Origin: Octopus bimaculoides
Taxonomy: Eukaryota
Assembly: GCF_001194135.2 (NCBI RefSeq)
Contig: NC_068982.1
Span: 148,742,570-148,783,567, forward strand
DNA: 40,998 bases
Direction: 5' to 3'
Positions 24,067 to 35,454 of this stretch are shown one piece after another. Under the pieces are notes generated by a model. That model ran no database searches, was not told the origin of the DNA, and worked only from the letters and a program-made list of their open reading frames with translations. Positions within the stretch are counted from its first letter, which is position 1. Each line of letters begins with the position of its first letter. The position numbers were made by a program, and so were the translations under genes.

Positions 24067-24732
24067 AAACACATACATAAATATACATAATTATTCTGTA
24101 TTTTTGTCCAAAGAAATACAAAAAATAAATGAAATCATCTTGTTTGATTGGTATCTTCCACCGTCTTTATAAATCTCACTACATCAAGTAAGCTACAATC
24201 ACACAAATCTACTAATTTTCTGACTCTGCTCAACTCATTGTTCTTACTTCAATAAATAATAATTAAAAACTAGCTAGATGAGGAGAAAAAGAGTAATGAG
24301 ATCATTTGATGACTGTTATAGGTGCTTACATCCAACATGAAGCAGAATATCAGTCTAGTGCACATTAACTCTATCAATGCAGTTGGCAGTGTTTAAAAGT
24401 TCGTAGTAGCATATATTGATTTTTGTAAGTGGATTTACAGTTTGTTGCCATTCACTTAGTAAACTACTCTTCACTGTACTGCAATATTTTATTATAAGAA
24501 AACTATTATAACAAACTGTCTTGGCACTGGTTGTGAAGACGTTATCTTCTCAAGGTATAATGCCATATATTACTACAATCACGGTTGCATAATTGCTGAT
24601 TATTGAATGTTCAGTGTTGGGGAACTCTTTCACAAAGTTCAGAGTCATTAAAACTTTACCTCATGGACTACATTTAAGAAAGTGATATGTATGTGTAGGC
24701 CATCTATAAATAGGTAAGCATAAACTCAGACT

Positions 24733-24763
<31 letters not shown>

Positions 24764-24817
24764 GTAGATAGATATATAAGTATATATGTATATTGTACAT
24801 GTATATGTGTGTGTGTG

Positions 24818-24878
<61 letters not shown>

Positions 24879-25466
24879 ACACACACATATGTACATGTAT
24901 ATATATGCATATTTTATGTCTTTGCTTAGGCACAGCTATACTAAAAACTAGTTGCATGCTAGAGCTCAATATAGTTATGGTTTAGAGTAAAGCATTAGGT
25001 TAGCGCAGAGTGCAGTAATGGCTGACAAGAGAACAGGAGTTATGTAATCACTTTCATTAGCTAACATCTGTTTCTGCCATAAGAAGCAGTGCATCCAGCT
25101 CAAAGTGCACAACTTCTTACAGCAGAAACAGCTGTGAGCTGATAAAGGTGATTAATTATGTAATTCCTATTTTCTTGTCTTTCATGAATATATATATATA
25201 TATATATGACACATATTCAATCAGCCACTTGTGAATGTATGCATATCCAGAGAACAAATCTGTGTTTACTTTAGTGAGTACATATTTGTTGTTAAACATT
25301 GTTTATACACAAGTAATGCTATCGCCAACACTACATTGGTGCATTCGTTATTTAAATACCTAATTCTCTCAAATGCTGGAAATTTTATATATATATATAT
25401 ATATGTATGCATGTATGTATACATATATACAAACACACACACACACACATATATATGTATGTATGT

Positions 25467-25652
25467 GTAGCACGTAAAAGCATCCACTACACTCTCAGAG
25501 TGGTTGGCGTTAGGAAGGGCATCCACCTGTAGAAACTCTACCAGATCAGATTGGAGCCTGATGCAGCCATCTGGTTCTCCAGTCCTCAGTCAAATCGTCC
25601 AACCTATGCTAGCATGCAAAGCGGACATTAAACGATGATGATGATGATGATG
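25467..25652 (+). mobile_element. RTE 3'-tail short element with (GAT)n tail
   Basis: gagtggttggcgttaggaagggcatcc...gtcaaatcgtccaacctatgctagcatg..cggacattaaac(gat)n is homologous to the RTE 3' end at about 7000-7170 and to 35170-35285. Confidence 0.85.
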
Positions 25653-26106
25653 CATGTATATGTATGTAAATGTAGAATGTTGGAATGAGAGATCAACACT
25701 GCATTAGTGGATAAATAATATCTTTATTTGTGAATTAAGGCTACCATTGGTTTCATGTTAAGAAGAGAAGGAAAATATCCAAGTATCTTAACAATTTTTC
25801 AAGCTGATCATTTGGAGAAAGGAGTTTGCTTCCATTTTAGAAAACACAGAGTATTGTGAAGTGTATGCTTTACTGAAGAGGTGTAATAAAGCAGAAACAT
25901 CTTAAATAGGTTCCTGTACTTCTCAGAATGATTAATGTAATTGTAGTCATAAAGCTAATATTTGCTTTTCTCACTTCATTAGTTTTTCTAATTAGATTGT
26001 CAAAGTTTTACATTAAATATGTTTACCTCCAGTTTAATTTTAATGTAAATTTCATCTCTGAGTTATTAACCTCGACGTGTTGCATTACTCACATCATTGG
26101 ATCTGC

Positions 26107-26108
<2 letters not shown>

Positions 26109-26152
<44 letters not shown>

Positions 26153-26240
26153 CGTGCATGTGTGTATGTGTGTGTGCACGCGTGTGTGTGCACGCGTGTG
26201 TGTGCACGCGTATGTGTGCACGCGTGTGTGTATGTGTGTC
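26109..26240. repeat. (TG)n grading into a 14-bp minisatellite (tgtgtgcacgcgtg x4)
   Basis: Direct reading of the sequence; a largely alternating purine-pyrimidine tract. Confidence 0.9.
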
Positions 26241-26289
26241 CTTGTCATGGCATCATGCAACAGTTGTTAACGACTATTACTATCATATG

Positions 26290-26460
26290 AACAGTGACAT
26301 TCATTTTCAACCTTCCATGGAAACATGTCTAGTCATAAGGAAATATCACCATATTTGGAAACAGGTGAACATGGGCAACAGGAAGGGCAACCAGCCATAA
26401 AAAATCTGCCACCACAAATCCCATATGACCCATGCAAATTTGGGATAATGGTTGTTAATA
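26290..26460 (+). mobile_element. Decayed LINE-tail-type repeat (family D)
   Basis: gggcaacaggaagggcaaccagccataaaaaatctgcc..gacccatgcaaa resembles 35300-35410. Confidence 0.55.
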
Positions 26461-27680
26461 TAAAACAATTGGATTCCTGTATGTATTTTGAGTCAGTGTA
26501 TTTAGAAATTTCCTTTATGTTACTAACAAATTCATACACAATACTTATGTATTATTCTTTCTCTTTTACAAAGCTTTCTTTTCATTTTTACTGCTGATGT
26601 TATTACTACTAATACACTGTTAATACAATTGACACGGCTAATATATGATGATTTTGCTGATATTGTTAGCTGATATTTTTTAGCATATTCACTATGGATT
26701 TTTATACTGAGTGGGATTGCCGTTCCTGTGTGTCTCCCCTCCTTTCTTTTTAGATTTCATTTTATTGCGTACATCAGATTATTTTGTGATTGCTTGAGAA
26801 ACACCATGATTTATGTTTGCTAAGACATTCATGTAACAAACTAAAACAAAACTAAAACAATAACAAAAGAAATAAAAGAAAGAAAGGAAAAAATTTTCTT
26901 TCTCGAAGCAAGATTTTATAAATATTATTATCCCTGTGTAATTGGTTGTTTCATATAGGAGTGTTTTCTGGAAATTCTTGGATACTCCATATATAATTCA
27001 AAACACAGAAGTTCAGTGTTAGAAGCTAATAATATTTCTGGTCCCAATAGTAATGTAGTTTTTACTAAATAAAGAATGATGTATGATTATAAGAAATGAT
27101 AAATGTAAAGTTATTGTATAGATGCAGGAACAGGCTTGTAGAGAACTTTGCAGTGCATCTTTGTACTTCTAGAGTTGATGTCATGATGCAACAACTAAAA
27201 TGAGTGTGTCAGTTTCTCCAATACTTTGTAAGTGATATTTTGAAATATGATTGATGGAAACTGTGTGGAAGCCCTTCATATTTGGCATCGGTATGTTGTT
27301 AAGTGTTTGAGAAATTTACTTCACAGTTAGGTGGTTTCAAGGTTTATTCCAACTCTGCAGTAGTTTGGGAAGGTATATTTGCTTGATCAATGCCTTGAAA
27401 GCAAAATTTGTTGTACTGAAATTGTGTGCAACCTAGGATTGTATATAAGTGTGTGTGCGCACGTGTGTGTGCGAGAGAGAGAGAGAGAGAGCGGGTGGAT
27501 CTCTGTGTGTGTGTGTGTGCGTGCATGTGTGTTTGTGTGTGTGTGTGTGCGTGTGTGCGCGTGTCTGCCTGTCTGTGTGTCTATCTGTGCTCATATGTGT
27601 AAGTATGAAATATAAAAATAATATATAGCATGGTCGCAGCTCTAAGCTGAAACTATAAACAAAAAATATATATATATATA

Positions 27681-28070
27681 GGTGCAAGAATGGCTATGTG
27701 GTAAGAAGCTTGCTTCCCAACTACATAGTTCCAGGTTCAGTTCCACTGTGTGGCACTTTGGGCAAGTGTCTTATACTCTAGGCAGTATGCTGTACTTGAG
27801 AAAACCTGTTGAGTCAAGTGAAATTGTAGTAGCAGCCAGTGCCAGTGCCGCCTGACTGGCTACCATGACAGTGGCATGTAAAAAGCACCATTCAAGCATG
27901 GTTAATGCCAGTGCCACCTGACTGGCTACCATGCCAGTGGCATGTAAAAGGCACCATTTGAGTCTTGTCAATGCCAGTGCTGCCTGACCGGCCCCTGTGC
28001 TGGTGGCTTGTAAAAAGCATCCACTATATTCTTGGAGTGGTTGGCGTTAGGAATGGCATCCAGCTGTAGA
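27681..28070 (+). mobile_element. Chimera: SINE family A tRNA head joined to an RTE 3' UTR containing three 66-bp tandem units
   Basis: The head (27681-27780) matches 3365 and 18620. From about 27790 the sequence matches RTE UTR motifs (cctgttgagtcaagt; gagtggttggcgttagg). Tandem units start at 27841, 27907 and 27973. Confidence 0.75.
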
Positions 28071-28245
28071 GACGATGACAACAATGAGATGACGATGATG
28101 ATGAGACAACGACGACCAGATGAAGATGACAAGACAACGACGATGACGAGACAACGACAAGACAACAACAAGACAACGACGACGATGAGACAACGAATCG
28201 ACAAGACAATGACAACGAGACGACAACAACAATGATGACAGTGGT
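28071..28245. repeat. Degenerate (GAC/GAT/AAC)n trinucleotide expansion
   Basis: Visible low-complexity tract; explains the poly-T/M/D and poly-S/V ORFs here. Confidence 0.85.
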
Positions 28246-28409
28246 GGCAGTAATGGGGAGGAGGAGGAGGATACTGCTGCTGTTAATATGCATTTTTTAA
28301 AATTTTGCCTCAGTAGGCTATGTGATTCAGTTTGCTTCACAATCCCAGGATTTTGTGTTCAGTTCCATCTTTGGTGCATCTCTACTGCATTAATCATGTA
28401 TACATATAT

Positions 28410-28612
28410 GTATGTATGCGGGTGTGTGTCTTTGTGTTTGTGTTTGTCCCCACCAGTGTTTGATAACTGGTGTTAGTTTCTGTCAGTTCCTGTAACTTAG
28501 TGGTTCAGCAAAGAGACTGATAGAATAAGCTTAAGACATTTGAAAAATAAGTACTAGGGTAGATTTGCCCCAGCATGGTCGCAGTTTTATGACTCAAACA
28601 AGTAAAATGATT
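28410..28612 (+). mobile_element. SINE family A, 3' half
   Basis: tttgtccccacc..gtaacttagtggttcagcaaagagactgatagaataag..cagcatggtcgcag..aaacaagtaaa is the reverse complement of the family A 3' part. Confidence 0.75.
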
Positions 28613-29454
28613 AAAAAAATATATGAAACAAATACATGATTCCTAGACTTAAATCATTACTTGATTTAATACCACCATTTGGCTGTTGAGTGACTTTAGT
28701 AGAGTCCACTCATTTGCAAGCATTCAAACCAGGTTTTGATCTGAGAACAGCTTGCTCTCTCTCCCTCTCTCTCCCTTCTTTTAGTTCTCTGAGCACTGTG
28801 CCCCCTCCACTGATTAAACAATTAATAAATAAATAAATAAAAGAACCAATGTCCAAATGTTATCTGCAAAGTTACAGTTTATAGTAATAATAGAACAATA
28901 ATATAAAGAATCCAAAAGTTCTACCACAAAGATAAAAATAATATTCCATTTGACATCTGGTTATTTCATTTGTGGCAATACAACAGAACTTTCATAAGTG
29001 ATTTTGCGAAAGAAAAATTTGTCTTAGAATCTTTGCACCATTCCAAGATACAGATAAACTTTGTAGCTGTGGATTCCCAGAAGACTTCAGAAATATTTTA
29101 GCTCCTCTACCACAATTCTATATCACTGGTAAATTCAACTAACTCTACTATCAGAAAAATATTATGTTGTCTTTATCAGACTTAAAGCTTTCAGCAACAA
29201 GTTCTTCAATGCTGCAAATCTTCACTGAGATAGCAACTTAAAAGAACAAGAATTTTTTAGTAGGTCTTTTAGCAGTGATGTGAACAATGGCAGTAATAAC
29301 AGCAACACCATCATCATCATCTACATAAGCAAAATCAAACACTAACTACAATGGTAATAATAATAAGGGTTTCATATTTTGGGACATGGCCAGCATTTAT
29401 GGAGAGAGGAGGTTAGGTGATGTCATCGACCCCAATATTTCACTGGGATATGTC

Positions 29455-29790
29455 TGTTCAAACTGACAAAGAAATAAAAGCTAATTGCACAGACATAATA
29501 ATCAAGGATTGGGGAAAAAAACGGAAAAAAAACACCTACTTACTGATAGACATTACAGTCCCTTCTGACCCAAAATGAAGTGGAGAAACTGTGTAAGAAC
29601 AAGAGCTCAAAATTGAAATATTCAAGACCTTGGACTTGAAGGTGAAAACAATACCAGTAATAATTAGAGCACAGGGTATGATAAAAAAAATGTATGAGCA
29701 CAAACGTAGAAGCTATTCCTGGGCTCTCAACACTACACATTATCAAAAAAAACACAGCCTTGTTAGGAACAGGCTATATCCTACACAAGA
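29455..29790 (+). mobile_element. Decayed R4-like RLE endonuclease fragment
   Basis: QTDKEIKANCTDIIIKD..LLIDITVPSD..KELKIEI...VKTIPVIIRAQGMIKK matches the R.PD..D..P..K..Y..PVIIGA pattern, with frameshifts. Confidence 0.65.
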
Positions 29791-30121
29791 CACTATTAAT
29801 TCAACACAAACCAAACAAAACAATCCACAAGCACAGTAAATATCCAATAAAATAAACAGCCTCCACATCATGTACTCTACAGGTTGGATACCCAACAGAA
29901 AAACACAACTCACATTACACACAAAACACACTATAAAAACACTAATACAACAAAAGACAGCAACCAAACCCCATAACAAAAGCTGACATAATACAATACT
30001 GGGTTTAGTTCGCTCTCACTTACAACAAAAAAGAACACAATGCTGCACACAACACAACAACACAGAGATGTAGCAGGTGATGCAGTTGAAATTTGCTGAA
30101 ATTATCAAATGTTGAATAATA

Positions 30122-30617
30122 GTGATAATAATAATGAAAGGTATTGTCGAAAATAGAAATGCAAAGATCCTATGGGATTTTATGATTCAGTGCGGCAAAG
30201 AGATTGAGAATAGGCAGCCGGACATAGTCTTAATTGAGAAAGAAAACAAACTATGCTGGATCATAGATATAGCATGCCCAGCTGACAACAACGTATGCGA
30301 TAAGGAAGAAAGAAAAGTCGAGAGATATGACAGGTTAGCTTGGGATGTTAAGCAGTTGTGGTCGATGAAAAAAGTAGCAGTAGTACCAATAATTGTCGGA
30401 GCCCTGGGAACAGTGAGCAAAAATCTCAAGAAGTGCATGGAACAAATAGGGGCTGCAATAAGGGTGGAGCACTTGCAGAAAACAGCACTGTTTGGAACCG
30501 CTCAAATACTCCGGAAGGTACTCCAAAAATAAGAGGTGTTACCTTAGTTCACTGATAGTGAACAGCTGACACTGTAGTACATCTCCAGCGTTAGAAGCTG
30601 TGCAAAGGCAATAAATA

Positions 30618-30672
<55 letters not shown>
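30122..30672 (+). mobile_element. R4/Dong-like RLE LINE 3' fragment with open endonuclease frame and (TAA)n tail
   Basis: ORF 30122..30532: ENRNAKILWDFMIQC..NRQPDIVLIEK..IIDIACP..KEERKVERY..VVPIIVGALG..LQKTALFGTAQILRKVL. High identity to 22670-23120. TAA-type repeats on both sides. Confidence 0.93.
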
Positions 30673-30910
30673 NNNNNNNNNNNNNNNNNNNNNNNNNNNN
30701 NNNNNNNNNNNNNNNNNNNNNNNNNNNNNNNNNNNNNNNNNNNNNNNNNNNNNNNNNNNNNNNNNNNNNNNNNNNNNNNNNNNNNNNNNNNNNNNNNNNN
30801 NNNNNNNNNNNNNNNNNNNNNNNNNNNNNNNNNNNNNNNNNNNNNNNNNNNNNNNNNNNNNNNNNNNNNNNNNNNNNNNNNNNNNNNNNNNNNNNNNNNN
30901 NNNNNNNNNN

Positions 30911-30969
<59 letters not shown>

Positions 30970-30970
30970 A

Positions 30971-31002
<32 letters not shown>

Positions 31003-31004
31003 TA

Positions 31005-32029
31005 TAGTACCGTGCATAAGTCTTCGGCTACTTTAAACTATTGTAAGTTTCTATTAATTGCCAACTTATAAGTGTATGTTTTGCATTGTATTTTTTACAG
31101 ATGAAACATTGGCCCTGTTAAAGCTATTTCCATACCTAATCATTATATTTTGTAGTAGGGGTTTTGAATGAGAGGGGAAGATGCAAGACGACCACCTGTA
31201 GGCCTTCTGACAAATTCTTGCTTATTAGAAAGTGAAATGATCCCTGTTACATGATGGAAACAGTGAAGTTTGGGGGTAAGAGTCTGATGCTTTGGGGATA
31301 CATAAAAAGTGATGGTTCAAGAAAGTTGGTTAGAATTGAGAGTAACTTGAAGAGTGCCAAATACATCCAGTTGCTGAAGAACAATTTTATACCAGACTTG
31401 GATGAAGGTAAGATTTTTCAGCATGATGAAGTTCCATGCCATAGAACACATGCAACGCAATAGAGTCTGACTGATGAAGATGTTACAATATTGAAAGATT
31501 GTCCAGCTCAGAGCCCTGACTTAAATATCATCGAGCAAATGTAGACAGAACTAAAGAGAAGAGTTCTTAAGAAGAATCCACGCAATCTTGAAAGGTTGTG
31601 GTAGTTCAGCCACAGAGAATGGCATCTCATACCTGTGAAGATGATGAAGGATTGGTACGCATTTCTTCCCAGGCACGCTGGAACAATTATTCAAGCTATA
31701 GGAAGCCCCACAAAATATTATCAATGTACAGTAACTTCTTTAAAAGAACATTATGTAACAAACTTTCATTATAGACATTTTTCTGTTTTAAAACACTGTA
31801 TCTTGATTGGTTTATGTGAGGTAGCCAAAAACCTTTGCACAACCATTTTTGGTGGTTGTCTTGCATCTTCTCCTCTCATTCAGAACCCCTGCTACAAAAT
31901 ATAATGATTAGGTATGGAAATGACTCCAACAGGGCCAATGTTTCATCTGTAAAAAATGCAATGTGGAACATTCACTTATAAGTTGGCAATTAGTAGAAAT
32001 TTACAATAGTTTAAAGTCGCATGGTACTG
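31005..32029 (+). mobile_element. Internally deleted Tc1-like transposon with ~200-bp TIRs
   Basis: 31005-31197 and about 31850-32029 are inverted repeats ([c>t]agtac...gtactg) flanked by TA. One internal frame (31251-31719, three stops) reads TVKFGGKSLMLWG..IFQHD..CPAQSPDLNIIE..TKY. Confidence 0.93.
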
Positions 32030-32899
32030 TATATATATATATAGATATAGTTATATAGATATATACACACACGCACGCACACGCACACATACAGTATAAA
32101 ATGGTCTATTGTTATCCATGCTAAACTGTATAGTTGTTATAACAACAAATGCGACCTCAGCATTGCAGCAATACAAACCAGCAACTGCATTAATGAACAA
32201 AGTGACCTTATTCTAAACTGCAAGCATAATTATGTAACACATTCTTAAGGTACAAATTATAGAGCCTCACTCTGATTATTCCCCAACTAATCCTCTTACA
32301 TCCCTTCTGCTTTAATTTCTTCTACGTATTTGTAACCATTACCTTTTGGCACTTTTAAAATATTTCCTTTACTTTGTGGTCTCTTTATGTTCTCCACTTT
32401 GCATGTAAGAGTGTGCAAGCATGCACACATGTCCATGTGTGTCTGACTTCTTAACCATTTTATTTCTTCAAAGGTTTGGGTTTTTATTTGCATTCATAGC
32501 AACTCTGGTTGCTAACCATGAGCTGTACAAAGATTTTCAGCTTATCAAATTTCCTTGTAATTTCAGTATGAGAAAAGGTGTGTAACCTTTGACACCAATA
32601 AAATGTTATTGTTCCTGGCCATACACTATACACTTTGTTTTTTTTCATTTTGTCCTTTCAGCTTCACCACTCATTTTAACTCAGATCTAATTCTTCCTTC
32701 CCAAACAAATTGCACTTCAAATTCAATGCACCCAACAAAGAGTCCACTGCATCATATTGCAGAAACAGCTGTAAGCTAACGAGGTTCATAACACAACCAT
32801 TGCTTTTCCTGTGTCATCTCTTTTTCTTATATATATATATATGCGAGTAAAAATAAATACAAAAAAAGGTGGGTTTTTTGTATGATTGTGTATAGAGGA

Positions 32900-33415
32900 A
32901 TATATTATTTTGTTTAAAAGAGTTCCAACACTGTCTGTTTTTTATGTTTTATTTATATTCCTGCAGAACCAATGTGGGGTATAGAATATGGAATATACAA
33001 TATATAATATAAAATAAAATAAAATAAAAATGGATGGCACCATGAAATAAAGTATTGAATGTAGATGAAATATTGAGTGTTCAATATAAAGGATCAAATA
33101 TATAAATATAAATATAAATATATAAAGGCGACTCGAGTTTCAGGGCTATTTCCCTTTGTCATGGCCCTGAAACTCGAGTTGCCTTTATATATTTATATTT
33201 ATATTTATATATTTGATCCTTTATATTGAACACTCAATATTTCATCTACATTCAATACTTTATTTCATGGTGCCATCCATTTTTATTTTATTTTATTTTA
33301 TTTTATATTATATATTGTATATTCCATATTCTATACCCCACATTGGTTCTGCAGGAATATAAATAAAACATAAAAAACAGACAGTGTTGGAACTCTTTTA
33401 AACAAAATAATATAT
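32900..33415. repeat. Near-perfect palindrome (247 and 252-bp arms, 17-nt loop)
   Basis: 32900-33146 is the reverse complement of 33164-33415. The only differences I see are one C/T substitution and one extra TTTTA unit. Confidence 0.95.
33123..33169 (-). ncRNA. Degenerate minimal type I hammerhead-ribozyme-like motif at the palindrome centre
   Basis: Minus strand reads agggc-C(A)UGACAA-AGGG aaauag CCCU-GAAAC UCGA GUC-gccuu. It has an intact stem II, GAAA, a self-complementary helix III (ACUCGAGU) and a GUC triplet. The core departs from CUGANGA, so it is probably inactive. Confidence 0.55.
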
Positions 33416-33539
33416 ATATATATATACACACACACATGTATGTGCTTACATGCATGCATAAATACTGATATATACATATTTGAAAAGGTTTGTAAAAGTA
33501 CCACACGAGTAAGTAGATATTGAAGATGAATAAAATTGA

Positions 33540-34200
33540 AAATGCTACTTTTTTAAAACATTTTTTGGGTGTTTTAATTGATTTACATGTTTCGGTTTTT
33601 TTGAAAAACCTTATCAAAAATGAGTACAAAATATGTGAGAAGAGAAGAGGGCTATTAATAAAATAAAATTGAAATTAAAATTAAGAATGACATTCATAGT
33701 TTACTGTTATTTCTTGCATGCACGCGTAGTCCTTTCCTTGAGTTCTGAAAACATGGTAATTCCAACTTGTTGTGTTAGTAGATTACTACTATATGTTTTA
33801 GTAAATTAAATAGTGGTCAAGAATTCTAGGAGTGGTTGTAGCTGTCGAATAACTAGCAGCAGTCATGATAATAACAATAGTAGTAGTAGCAGCAGCAGTG
33901 GTAGTCCTGGTGGTGAAGTTGTTCCCCCTATGGTTTTAATAGAAATCAGGTTCTTCGATCCCCTTTGTTTATTTCTTATGAATAACTTGCAAATCTACGT
34001 ATAAAAGTATTAAAATATATATGAAAGTCTCAGTGTTGCTAGTTTAGAGAATTCAGACTTGGTCGGTATTTTCTTATAAAAAATATTTCTTTGCTAATGC
34101 TTTCATTTTGGCTAGCATTGTCTTTGAATTTCTATAAAGGAAACGTTGTGAATTTGGGAAATTTGTTGTAAGCACATTCATCGATGTGCTGGCTGAGATG
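33540..34200 (-). mobile_element. Penelope-like element 3' fragment (GIY-YIG endonuclease C-terminus plus 3' UTR/pseudo-LTR)
   Basis: 34200-34039 translates in one frame as HLSQHIDECAYNKFPKFTTFPL*KFKDNASQNESISKEIFFIRKYRPSLNSLN*, with the E...I....P.LN end motif of GIY-YIG domains. A hammerhead-like motif lies downstream at 33575-33625. Confidence 0.75.
33575..33625 (-). ncRNA. Degenerate minimal hammerhead-ribozyme-like motif in the PLE tail
   Basis: UUGAUAA-GGUUUUU caa AAAAACC-GAAACAUGUA: 7-bp stem II, GAAA, self-complementary ACAUGU and a GUA triplet. The core has two mismatches to CUGAUGA. Confidence 0.5.
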
Positions 34201-35169
34201 TAAATCAATTAAAACACCCAAAAAATGTTNNNNNNNNNNNNNNNNNNNNNNNNNNNNNNNNNNNNNNNNNNNNNNNNNNNNNNNNNNNNNNNNNNNNNNN
34301 NNNNNNNNNNNNNNNNNNNNNNNNNNNNNNNNNNNNNNNNNNNNNNNNNNNNNNNNNNNNNNNNNNNNNNNNNNNNNNNNNNNNNNNNNNNNNNNNNNNN
34401 NNNNNNNNNNNNNNNNNNNNNNNNNNNNNNNNNNNNNNNNNNNNNNNNNNNNNNNNNNNNNNNNNNNNNNNNNNNNNNNNNNNNNNNNNNNNNNNNNNNN
34501 NNNNNNNNNNNNNNNNNNNNNNNNNNNNNNNNNNNNNNNNNNNNNNNNNNNNNNNNNNNNNNNNNNNNNNNNNNNNNNNNNNNNNNNNNNNNNNNNNNNN
34601 NNNNNNNNNNNNNNNNNNNNNNNNNNNNNNNNNNNNNNNNNNNNNNNNNNNNNNNNNNNNNNNNNNNNNNNNNNNNNNNNNNNNNNNNNNNNNNNNNNNN
34701 NNNNNNNNNNNNNNNNNNNNNNNNNNNNNNNNNNNNNNNNNNNNNNNNNNNNNNNNNNNNNNNNNNNNNNNNNNNNNNNNNNNNNNNNNNNNNNNNNNNN
34801 NNNNNNNNNNNNNNNNNNNNNNNNNNNNNNNNNNNNNNNNNNNNNNNNNNNNNNNNNNNNNNNNNNNNNNNNNNNNNNNNNNNNNNNNNNNNNNNNNNNN
34901 NNNNNNNNNNNNNNNNNNNNNNNNNNNNNNNNNNNNNNNNNNNNNNNNNNNNNNNNNNNNNNNNNNNNNNNNNNNNNNNNNNNNNNNNNNNNNNNNNNNN
35001 NNNNNNNNNNNNNNNNNNNNNNNNNNNNNNNNNNNNNNNNNNNNNNNNNNNNNNNNNNNNNNNNNNNNNNNNNNNNNNNNNNNNNNNNNNNNNNNNNNNN
35101 NNNNNNNNNNNNNNNNNNNNNNNNNNNNNNNNNNNNNNNNNNNNNNNNNNGGTTCATAAAACAAAGATA

Positions 35170-35285
35170 TCTTGCCAGATCAGGCTGGAGCCTGGTGTAG
35201 CCATCTGGTTCGCCAGTCCTCAGTCAAATCGTCCAACCCATGCTAGCATGGAAAGCAGACATTAAACAATGATGATGATGATGAA
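35170..35285 (+). mobile_element. RTE 3'-tail short element with (GAT)n tail
   Basis: gccagatcaggctggagcctggtgtagccatctgg..gtcaaatcgtccaacccatgctagcatggaaagc aligns with 25540-25650. Confidence 0.85.
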
Positions 35286-35299
35286 ACAAATGTGTGTTG

Positions 35300-35410
35300 G
35301 TAACAAAAAAAAAAATGGTTTCTGGCTATAGAAAATCTGCCTCAACAAATACTGTCTGACCCATGCAAGCAAGGAAAAGTAGACATTAAATGATGAAGAT
35401 GGAGATGATA
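35300..35410 (+). mobile_element. LINE-tail-type repeat (family D)
   Basis: ggctatagaaaatctgcctcaacaaatactgtctgacccatgcaagcaaggaaaagtagacattaaatgat; related copies at 26290-26460 and 15750-15840. Confidence 0.6.
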
Positions 35411-35454
35411 TATGCATGTGTATAATTGTGTTTGTCTCCTCATGTTTTAACATC

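Noticed and set aside
27841-28025. 66-bp repeats considered as a CRISPR-like array
   Set aside because: The units are contiguous tandem copies without unique spacers, lie inside an RTE UTR, and the DNA is eukaryotic.
28950-29260. Minus-strand peptides (SIEELVAESF; SLLG..KVYL) faintly like Helitron PIF1 helicase
   Set aside because: The motifs are short, lie in different frames and lack the conserved helicase boxes. A TBLASTN/HMM search would be needed to support it.
34132-35265. Longest ORFs in the track (319-346 aa), and similar ones across 9581-10109, 30544-31017 and 37549-38715
   Set aside because: They are open only because they run through N gaps and (TA)n tracts. Only the short GIY-YIG segment left of the 34230 gap looks like real coding sequence.
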